DNA from: Candidatus Omnitrophota bacterium | Lineage (GTDB): Bacteria; Omnitrophota; Gorgyraeia; Zapsychrales; Fredricksoniimonadaceae | NCBI GenBank assembly: GCA_013287965.1 | Contig: JABDCU010000003.1 | Coordinates: 4,231 to 68,230, forward strand | DNA length: 64,000 bases | Direction of reading: 5' to 3' | Shown here: positions 38,930-45,351 of the stretch, one piece after another | Layout of the letters: each line of letters starts with the position of its first letter | Numbering within the stretch: the stretch's first letter is position 1 | Made by a program: the position numbers and the translations under genes | Notes under the pieces: generated by a model | Told to the model about the DNA's origin: nothing | The model's database searches: none | Seen by the model: the letters and a program-made list of their open reading frames with translations, nothing else

Positions 38930-40237
38930 TTATCCTTTAACCCATAAGCGACCTTCACAAAGAGGTACGCGATGTTTTCTATTTTTCCATTTAATATTAC
39001 GATCTCTTGTTTTTTCAAAATAAGTAGATTTAAATCCTGCTGCTTTTGCTAATGTTGACATCCACTCAATTACAGGAACATATATACCATAAGGAGCAGA
39101 GTCACCTATGACAAAACATATATTCGAAGGAGTTTTAGCTACTCTACGAAGCGCTATCCATGTTTTGGCAATATCTAAGAAATAACATGCAATCATCAAA
39201 TGATATGTCTTTTTCCCACCTCGCTCCAATCGTATATCACCTAATTGTTCACAAACTTCACGAATTTCTTTAGCTATAGGTTTTAATTGTTCGGAGTTTA
39301 ATATTTCATCTAAATTATGATCTTTTAAAGGAACGTGCTGAGTACAAGATCGGATTAAATATTTACGAACGTTATTTTGTAAGTCTCCCCAACCTGTAAT
39401 CGTTTTCATAAAAGACATCTCAAGTCGTGTAGCGTCTGCATAATCATAATTATTAGCATAAGGTGGAGAAGTAATGATTAAATCAATGGAATTATCAGGA
39501 ACACCTTTGCATGTTCTAGCATCTGTATTAAGTAGAATTGTATTAAAATCTGTTTTGGGTCCCAATATACTCATATCAGTAGAAAAATTTCTAACGATTA
39601 AATCAAATGCAGCATGTGTTTCTATTAAGTTTTTTTTGATTTTTTTGGGTAAGACGTATTGCCAAGGAGCAGTTCCAACATTTGAAGTCATCCTTAAAAG
39701 AGAAACTATTGTTAACCAAACTAATTCTGATTCGGGGGTCCCGTTAGAATGAAGTTCCCAAGCTCTGCGAAGACGATCAAGAGAGGCAAGATTTTCTTTT
39801 GTAAAACATTTATGTATTAATGGGGGATACTCACTTACTTTCCCTTTTATAATTAACGAACTAGATTTAACTTTTTTCGCAAACTCAATATATTTATTCA
39901 GATCTGTTTTATAAAACAACTTTGCTCTTGCAATAGAAATTATGAAAGGATGTGCCTCAATACCATAAGAATTTACCCCAACACTCTCTGCTGCTATCAA
40001 AGTAGTGCCTGACCCAGCAAATGGATCCAAAACGGTAATTCCTGATTTTAATTTAGTTTTATGATTATTGATGACTAATTCAGCCCACTTCGCGGAAAAC
40101 CCAGCACTAAATCTATACCAACGGTGAACGGGTAATTTCATGTTATCTACAAACGTAGAAGTGGTATTAATTCTTGCTTTTTGGGGAAGTGTTTCAGAAA
40201 AAAGATCTAATTGGGATTCAAGAAGTTTTAGTGTCAT
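38930..40237 (-). CDS. DNA methyltransferase (N6-adenine or N4-cytosine)
   Basis: DPFAGSGTT (motif I, about aa 71) and, further on, IITSPPY (motif IV). Confidence 0.9.
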   Translation of the reverse strand: MTLKLLESQLDLFSETLPQKARINTTSTFVDNMKLPVHRWYRFSAGFSAKWAELVINNHKTKLKSGITVLDPFAGSGTTLIAAESVGVNSYGIEAHPFIISIARAKLFYKTDLNKYIEFAKKVKSSSLIIKGKVSEYPPLIHKCFTKENLASLDRLRRAWELHSNGTPESELVWLTIVSLLRMTSNVGTAPWQYVLPKKIKKNLIETHAAFDLIVRNFSTDMSILGPKTDFNTILLNTDARTCKGVPDNSIDLIITSPPYANNYDYADATRLEMSFMKTITGWGDLQNNVRKYLIRSCTQHVPLKDHNLDEILNSEQLKPIAKEIREVCEQLGDIRLERGGKKTYHLMIACYFLDIAKTWIALRRVAKTPSNICFVIGDSAPYGIYVPVIEWMSTLAKAAGFKSTYFEKTRDRNIKWKNRKHRVPLCEGRLWVKG

Positions 40238-40294
40238 CTAGTCCTTTTCAATAATCGATAATTATTATAAACTAAAATTAGCCTTTTATATAAT

Positions 40295-40338
40295 ATAAAA
40301 ACAAAAAACCTTCGCTAAAAACACGCCGGCGAAGGTTC
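40295..40338 (-). terminator. rho-independent terminator downstream of mazG
   Basis: Minus strand AACCTTCGC-CGGCGTGTTTTTA-GCGAAGGTT followed by TTTTTGTTTTTAT. Confidence 0.7.
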
Positions 40339-40421
40339 TGATCCGATTAAATGGCGGATAACTTCTTATGTATTTGCTTTAACTTTACTGCAAAAGATTT
40401 TAAAAGTCAATTGAATTGCTC

Positions 40422-40769
40422 TCAAAGCTTATTGTACTTTGTATGCTTACCTTTGGCCTTGTGTACGGGGTATTTTAGGGCGTTTTTCTTCATTTTATTC
40501 AGCATTGCCTTGGGGAGGTCGATTTTTAGATTGTCGGCTAATTCGAATAGATACATGGCTACGTCGGCTAATTCATCGGCGAGGTCTTCCTTATTGGCTT
40601 TGCCGTGCTCTTCGACTTCTTTTGGGGATTTCCATTGGAAATGTTCTAGGACTTCGCTGGCTTCCAGGACTAGCGAAAGGGCTACATCTTTATGATTGTG
40701 GAATTGTTTCCAGTCGCGGGCGTCGCGAAAGGCTTTGATCTTTGCGGTGAGCTGTTTTATTTCGGACAT
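40422..40769 (-). CDS. mazG: MazG-like nucleoside triphosphate pyrophosphohydrolase
   Basis: LVLEASEVLEHFQWK ... EELADVAMYLFELA; start set to ATG 40769 (matches the paralogous copy); TAGAAT -10 box ends 6 nt upstream (leaderless-like). Confidence 0.85.
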   Translation of the reverse strand: MSEIKQLTAKIKAFRDARDWKQFHNHKDVALSLVLEASEVLEHFQWKSPKEVEEHGKANKEDLADELADVAMYLFELADNLKIDLPKAMLNKMKKNALKYPVHKAKGKHTKYNKL

Positions 40770-40810
40770 TGCCACATTCTACTATTAACTAGATTTGAAA
40801 AAGGTTAAAA

Positions 40811-40836
40811 ATTGCTTCGCTACGTTCGTAATGACA
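40811..40836 (+). repeat. hairpin (REP-like) repeat, short copy
   Basis: ATTGCTTCGCTACGTTCGTAATGACA preceded by AAAAA. Confidence 0.55.
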
Positions 40837-40845
40837 CGCGTGCCA

Positions 40846-40870
40846 GATTTTCGCTTTCGCGAGAATGACA
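40846..40870 (+). repeat. hairpin (REP-like) repeat, short copy
   Basis: GATTTTCGC-TTTC-GCGAGAATGACA (8-bp stem with one G-T pair). Confidence 0.55.
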
Positions 40871-40927
40871 TAATTATCCGAATTTATAGTGCTACCTTCC
40901 AGGATTTTCGATCTTCTAGGTGATAGG

Positions 40928-41299
40928 CTATAGCTTTTTCGCTCTATCGCCAATTTGAGCTTCGTTAAAAGGTTGATCTTCTGGCTCTACACTAGTTTCT
41001 TCTGTATAACCTCCTAGTAAATATCCAATTGATCCTGGATTTGTCTTTTTTACGGTTTTAGGCATCATTTTTCGTTCAGTTGACTCAATAGTACAAATTT
41101 TTTCTTGCAAATGAACAACCCTCCCCTTCCCCCGTACTATTTCTAAACGCTCCAATTCTTCCCCAGTCACAGGGTCTTTAATAGCTTTTCCTAAAGCGTA
41201 AATCAGAAAGATTTGGCCTAAAGCGATGCTATCTTTAGATCCTTTGTTCAAAATTACTTTAAAGGGGCTAATAATGTCTGCAACCATAACATCATTCAT
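40928..41299 (-). CDS. hypothetical 123-aa soluble protein
   Basis: 11 nt downstream of the membrane-protein gene; no recognised motif. Confidence 0.55.
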   Translation of the reverse strand: MNDVMVADIISPFKVILNKGSKDSIALGQIFLIYALGKAIKDPVTGEELERLEIVRGKGRVVHLQEKICTIESTERKMMPKTVKKTNPGSIGYLLGGYTEETSVEPEDQPFNEAQIGDRAKKL

Positions 41300-41310
41300 T
41301 TGTAGACCTC

Positions 41311-41844
41311 CTAGGAAGCGTTAGAAGCTTTAAGAAATTCTTCATGGTTAATTAATGGTACAGCATAAAGTGACGATAACCTTGAATCCTCATTAAAATA
41401 TTTTTGAATGCTGACAGTATTAGCGGCAGGAGCAAACTGTTCAGCAATCAAGTCTTCATTTTTTATAGCTTTAATAATTCTTAGAATACATATTGGTTGA
41501 TTTGCTCCCGAACTTTTGGAGAATAGAGTTAAAAATATTCCATCTCTAAGATGTCCTGGATTATCTAAAACAATCAAAAGTAAACCGCCGTATAGACCGT
41601 CTCCCTTTACTTGTCTTTTTACTTTAATTGGACTTAAGAAATTTAGATAATACTTATATGATTGTCTTATAACTTTTAAAACGAAAATTAAAAAAAGTGC
41701 ACATGCTATTAAAATTAATCTGTACGTAAAGTCATTTGTGAAAGGGAAAAGATAAAGAATTAAGGTAAGTATAAAGAAAATAATTCCATCAACGATATTC
41801 CAGTATTTAAATAAAATTTCTATTATAAAGTTAAACACACTCAT
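41311..41844 (-). CDS. hypothetical 177-aa membrane protein (3 N-terminal TM helices)
   Basis: Hydrophobic N-terminus MSVFNFIIEILFKYWNIVDGIIFFILTLILYLF...; soluble C-terminal ~100 aa. Confidence 0.55.
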   Translation of the reverse strand: MSVFNFIIEILFKYWNIVDGIIFFILTLILYLFPFTNDFTYRLILIACALFLIFVLKVIRQSYKYYLNFLSPIKVKRQVKGDGLYGGLLLIVLDNPGHLRDGIFLTLFSKSSGANQPICILRIIKAIKNEDLIAEQFAPAANTVSIQKYFNEDSRLSSLYAVPLINHEEFLKASNAS

Positions 41845-42013
41845 TGGTAGTTGTCCTTAGTATGCTGGCTTTTGGAACTAATGCTTGCTCTTTAGTTCTT
41901 TTTCATGGATCAAAAGTAGATTTTTGACACTTACGTTGGGCTGCTTTATCTTGTACATTGTACGATAAGTTTTACGAAAATAAAACAGGTTATTTAGAAC
42001 GGCTTTTCGCGAA

Positions 42014-42070
42014 GCGAACCCCCCGCCGCACCAGAGAAAAACCACCGTTGCGTTCATCTACAACGTCTGG
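42014..42070 (+). repeat. 57-nt conserved island element, copy 2
   Basis: GCGAACCCCCCGCCGCACCAGAGAAAAACCACCGTTGCGTTCATCTACAACGTCTGG. Confidence 0.85.
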
Positions 42071-42092
42071 TGTAAAAAACACAATATTCTGG

Positions 42093-42121
42093 ATCCCCGA
42101 CAGAAACATTCGGGGATGACA
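42093..42121 (+). repeat. hairpin repeat variant
   Basis: ATCCCCGA-CAGAAACAT-TCGGGGAT-GACA. Confidence 0.5.
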
Positions 42122-42143
42122 CTATTACGCAATACTACCTCCC

Positions 42144-42760
42144 CTACGGCCGGGACCAGGACCAGTAGCGTGGTTTGAACTTCTTGACCGCTGTCCCCTT
42201 CTTCTTATGTTGAGCTAATTGATCGATGAAAGACCAAAATTCCTTCTCTGTGAGTTTGGATTTCATCACAGACAGTAAGAAGCTTGTAAGTACTACCTTT
42301 TTAGGGTCATTCGGCTTTAAAAGATTCAAAACACAATACCATGGATCATGGCGGTCAAGACAATATTTGGAATGAGTTGAAAAAACCGGGTTCCCGCAGA
42401 TGATGCAACGGGTTGATCGTTTTTTGGGTGTCTTAAGGGGTGAAAAGTTTGATTTATTAGTCTGGAAGTAATAACCACCTTACTATTATCGCAGGGTATC
42501 CAATGGTCAAATTCCAAATACCACGGACTTTCGATTTCTTTCAGCTCTAGAGGTGTTTTGGTGTAGTAACATATATAACCATACTTTTTTATAAAATCCC
42601 AAATGGCGTTACGAGTTTTATTGGGAAAACGTCTTATTTTCATTCGATAATTGATATAGGCACAGGTGGGACAATATTTTGAGCCGTAATTTACCGGTTT
42701 TGTGCAGATGCAGCAGCTTGGGATAGGTTTTTGGAGAGTTAGATCCAAGTTTTTAGGCAT
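42144..42760 (-). pseudogene. decayed paralogue of the tandem zinc-ribbon/HNH-like gene
   Basis: 144-aa ORF = unit 1 truncated after VVITSRLIN. A third frame then reads CIICGNPVFSTHSKYC...HDPWYCVLNLLKPNDPKKVVLTS...LTEKEFW...PRYWS = unit 2 with internal deletion and DH replaced by NL. Confidence 0.7.
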
Positions 42761-42824
42761 AATTGAGGCATTATGTCAGAAAAATGGAAAATCGGCAAGA
42801 AGCTGGTATTGAGGGGCGCGCGAA

Positions 42825-42881
42825 GCGAAATCACTGGCGCGCCAGAGAAAAACCACCGTTGCGTTCATCTAAAAGGGCTGG
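42825..42881 (+). repeat. 57-nt conserved island element, copy 3
   Basis: GCGAAATCACTGGCGCGCCAGAGAAAAACCACCGTTGCGTTCATCTAAAAGGGCTGG. Confidence 0.85.
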
Positions 42882-42971
42882 CAGAAAAAACATATCGGTG
42901 TGAGCCATGGCTCTAAAGGATGGGGCCAGTGGGATATGGAGTTAGTGGGCATGGAAGGCTCCTTTAAGAAC

Positions 42972-42999
42972 TTGACAGGTTAAAGCTAAATGATATAAT
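42972..42999 (+). promoter_or_regulatory. near-consensus sigma70 promoter pointing at the tandem repeats
   Basis: TTGACA (42972-42977), 16-nt spacer, TGaTATAAT (TATAAT 42994-42999). Confidence 0.7.
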
Positions 43000-43006
43000 T
43001 TAAGTG

Positions 43007-43125
43007 AATCACGATGAGAGGACACCCAAAGGCTGGTAGCTTATGCCGCGGCGATGCCTCTCGATTTAAATTAATCACGATGAGAGGGTAACCAAAGGGG
43101 TTGGTCCCGCGGCGATGCCCTCTCG
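43007..43125 (+). ncRNA. candidate small RNA: two tandem ~60-nt structured repeats (66-nt period)
   Basis: AATCACGATGAGAGG...GCGATGCCTCTCG (43007-43066) and AATCACGATGAGAGGG...GCGATGCCCTCTCG (43073-43125); stem grows by a compensating G/C pair; strand inferred from the promoter. Confidence 0.45.
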
Positions 43126-43127
43126 CT

Positions 43128-43607
43128 TCACCTCTCGTATTCAAACTTTTCCCTTAATTCATTTATAAAAGACGTATCGACTCCAAATTTCTTCAAAAGA
43201 GTTGAATATTTATAACGATTGGGAATTAATAATCTTTCCAGCTTACCTTTCTTTTCTAAATATTCAATCAGGCAATAAAAATCCCCATCCCCTGTAATAA
43301 TCACTGCTTTGTCATAATTGTTCCACTCAATCATAGTATGAAGCACAAGTTCTGCGTCAACATTTCCTTTGACCTTCCCTTCTTTAAGATCAAGCGTGGG
43401 CTTAAACACTAAAATATAGCCCTGTTGTTGCAAGATCTTATACATGGTTTGTTGTGTAATTATATATCCTATAAATAGGAATGCTTTTGTGATCCCGTAT
43501 TTATCTTTGAGATATTGACGAAAATTTTTGTAATCAAGTCGCCAACCTTGGTCTCTGATAGATAGATTTAGATTCTGGCTATCGATGAAGGCGTAATTAT
43601 TGGGCAC
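43128..43607 (-). CDS. NYN-domain (LabA/DUF88-like, PIN-related) putative ribonuclease
   Basis: YAFIDSQNLNLS, GNVDAELVLH, VIITGDGDFYCLIEYL; GTG start. Confidence 0.8.
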   Translation of the reverse strand: MPNNYAFIDSQNLNLSIRDQGWRLDYKNFRQYLKDKYGITKAFLFIGYIITQQTMYKILQQQGYILVFKPTLDLKEGKVKGNVDAELVLHTMIEWNNYDKAVIITGDGDFYCLIEYLEKKGKLERLLIPNRYKYSTLLKKFGVDTSFINELREKFEYER

Positions 43608-43608
43608 A

Positions 43609-43639
43609 GTTCCCCCTCTTTGGGTTTGCGCGGGGGAAC
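43609..43639 (-). promoter_or_regulatory. SD-sequestering hairpin in the NYN leader
   Basis: mRNA GUUCCCCC-gcgcaaacccaaaga-GGGGGAAC, 1 nt before GTG; right arm contains the SD. Confidence 0.55.
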
Positions 43640-43726
43640 GCTTGGTTTAGATTAAGATTAGTTGATCCGGTTTGGGAGAAACCGGTTGTTATATTAAAAT
43701 CCTCGGGGAAAGGATTGAACAAAAGG

Positions 43727-43755
43727 ATTATACTTTACTTTGCTCAGTAGGACAA
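43727..43755 (-). promoter_or_regulatory. promoter of the NYN gene
   Basis: Minus strand TTGTCC (43755-43750), 17 nt, TATAAT (43732-43727). Confidence 0.6.
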
Positions 43756-43789
43756 GCGAAACCACCGCTGCGTTCACCCCAAGGGTTGG
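43756..43789 (+). repeat. 57-nt element, copy 4 (internally deleted form)
   Basis: GCGAAACCACCG|CTGCGTTCACCCCAAGGGTTGG: lacks the 22 nt between the two AACCACCG direct repeats. Confidence 0.7.
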
Positions 43790-44709
43790 CCCAAAATGGA
43801 TTTGCGCTTGCGCGGGAAATGGCTGGGCCCGTACGGCCGGGACCAGTAGCGGAGTTTGCATTTGCGTACCGGTGTCCCCTTCCTAAAATGATTGGCGAAC
43901 TGGTGGATGAGATACCAGAATTCTTTTTCTGTCAGGTCTTGCTTCATGGCGTTGACCATCCGTGAGGTGATCACGAGCCTCTTGGGATTAGTCGGCGTCC
44001 AGTGATCGAAAGTCAAATACCAGGGACTGTGTTCATCAAATAAATCCAGCGGCATGCCGGTGTAATAGCAGATATAGCCGTACTTGCGTATATAGTTCCA
44101 AATGGCTTTTCTGGCCTTCAGGGGAAAGCGTTCATTGATCATGCGCTTGGCGATCGTTGAACACTCCGGGCAGTATTTATGCCATCTATTGGGAGTCGGC
44201 TGCCGACAGCAACCAGCACAACACCGTTGCCCTTTTACAGGTTTTATTAATCTGTACCAATGTTTCAGGTGCTTCTTTTTGACCTTCAGATGTTTCCTTC
44301 TGTGATCGTCCAGCGCTATCACATAATACCGGAATTCTTTCTGTGTCATGTCCTGCTTCATGTCGTTGACGATCGCGGCACAGATGACGATCTTGATGGG
44401 ATCTCCCGGGGTCCAATGATCAAAATCAAGATACCAGGGGCTTGTATCATCGTTTAATTCTAGAGCAACTTTTATGTAATAGTCTCTATAGTATTCAGCG
44501 TGGATGTAGTCCCGTACGCCTTGCTGGGCCTTTGCAGGGAATTTCTTTCTATGCATCCGGCGGGTTGTTTTGAGACAGTCACGGCAATAGATGGACCAGT
44601 TAGAAAAAACCTTTTTGCGGCCGCAGAGGCAACAGGTTTTTAAAGGTTTTCTGGATATGTGGTGGCTTTTGTAGGTAGATACGGCCATATTCAGGCTTTT
44701 GATGTTCAT
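43774..44709 (-). CDS. tandem double zinc-ribbon/HNH-like nuclease-domain protein
   Basis: Two ~150-aa units, each Cx2C...Cx2C ribbon + (C)YYT..SPWYL(D/T)FDHWTP...V(N)xMKQD(L/M)T(E/Q)KEF, fitting the HNH DH...N...K core. Confidence 0.55.
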   Translation of the reverse strand: MNIKSLNMAVSTYKSHHISRKPLKTCCLCGRKKVFSNWSIYCRDCLKTTRRMHRKKFPAKAQQGVRDYIHAEYYRDYYIKVALELNDDTSPWYLDFDHWTPGDPIKIVICAAIVNDMKQDMTQKEFRYYVIALDDHRRKHLKVKKKHLKHWYRLIKPVKGQRCCAGCCRQPTPNRWHKYCPECSTIAKRMINERFPLKARKAIWNYIRKYGYICYYTGMPLDLFDEHSPWYLTFDHWTPTNPKRLVITSRMVNAMKQDLTEKEFWYLIHQFANHFRKGTPVRKCKLRYWSRPYGPSHFPRKRKSILGQPLG

Positions 44710-44733
44710 ATTATGTGTGGGATTATTGCAGTA

Positions 44734-44762
44734 AGACTAGCGCTTTTAGAGAGTTAGCGCAA
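44734..44762 (-). promoter_or_regulatory. conserved promoter module, copy P2
   Basis: Minus strand AAAAAAGCTTGCGC, 17 nt incl. CTAAAAGCGC, TAGTCT; 24 nt upstream of ATG 44709. Confidence 0.5.
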
Positions 44763-44838
44763 GCTTTTTTAGGTAGCAGCCAAGAAACCAACCATTGTTT
44801 TTGCAGATCAGACAGGGGTTTTTCACCCTTTTCGCGGA

Positions 44839-44895
44839 GCGAAACCACCGCCGCACCAGAGAAAAACCACCGTTGAATTCATCTAAAAGGGCTGG
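44839..44895 (+). repeat. 57-nt conserved island element, copy 5
   Basis: GCGAAACCACCGCCGCACCAGAGAAAAACCACCGTTGAATTCATCTAAAAGGGCTGG. Confidence 0.85.
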
Positions 44896-44903
44896 TAGCA
44901 AAA

Positions 44904-44937
44904 AGATTGCTTCGGGGCTACGCCCCTCGCAATGACA
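44904..44937 (+). repeat. hairpin (REP-like) repeat
   Basis: AGATTGCTTC-GGGGC-TAC-GCCCC-TCGCAATGACA, abuts the stop codon of the mazG remnant. Confidence 0.8.
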
Positions 44938-45146
44938 CTAGAGCTTGTTATATTTTGTATGTCTGCCTTTGGCTTTATGTACGGGGTATTTTAGGGCGTT
45001 TTTCTTCATTTTATTCAGCATTGCCTTGGAAAGGTAAATAAAAGGACTAGCGAAAGGGCTACATCTTTATGATTGTGGAATTGTTTCCAGTCGCGGGCGT
45101 CGTGAAAGACTTTGATCTTTGCGGTGAGCTGCTTTATTTCGGGCAT
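44938..45146 (-). pseudogene. mazG paralogue with ~145-nt internal deletion
   Basis: Both ends align with 40422-40769 (MPEIKQLTAKIKVFHDARDWKQFHNHKDVALSLV ... / ... KKNALKYPVHKAKGRHTKYNKL); 209 nt, out of frame. Confidence 0.8.
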
Positions 45147-45304
45147 GATTTGGGCATTATGTCAGAAAAGCGAATAAAGATCAATAATAAGTGGGTAATG
45201 GACAGGGGAAAGTAGGTAGTATTACGGGATATTACCATATTTAGGTAGGGAGGCAGGCAATTTTAACCGGTTACATTTTGTAACGGTTTGATTGCTAAAT
45301 AATA

Positions 45305-45334
45305 GATCGTTTTGTTGACGTCAACAAAACGATC
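45305..45334. repeat. perfect 30-bp palindrome downstream of dinD
   Basis: GATCGTTTTGTTGACGTCAACAAAACGATC. Confidence 0.9.
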
Positions 45335-45351
45335 CCCCATCACACTAAATG

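Noticed and set aside
40351-40738. Plus-strand ORFs 40351-40695 and 40439-40738
   Set aside because: They are antisense to the well-supported mazG gene and have low-complexity products with no motifs.
43011-43020. CGATGAG in each tandem repeat, similar to the hammerhead ribozyme CUGAUGA box
   Set aside because: The U of CUGA is missing, and no GAAA/cleavage-site arrangement or three-helix junction can be drawn around it.
42940-43130. 24-codon ORF MRGHPKAGSLCRGDASRFKLITMRG inside the tandem repeats
   Set aside because: It has no SD, and the second repeat gives only ATG AGA GGG TAA, so the repeat is conserved as structure, not as peptide.
43672-44457. Plus-strand ORFs 43672-43965, 44102-44305, 44260-44457 and minus ORF 44186-44416
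   Set aside because: They are antisense or out of frame to the 311-aa double HNH-like gene, whose internal duplication supports the annotated frame.
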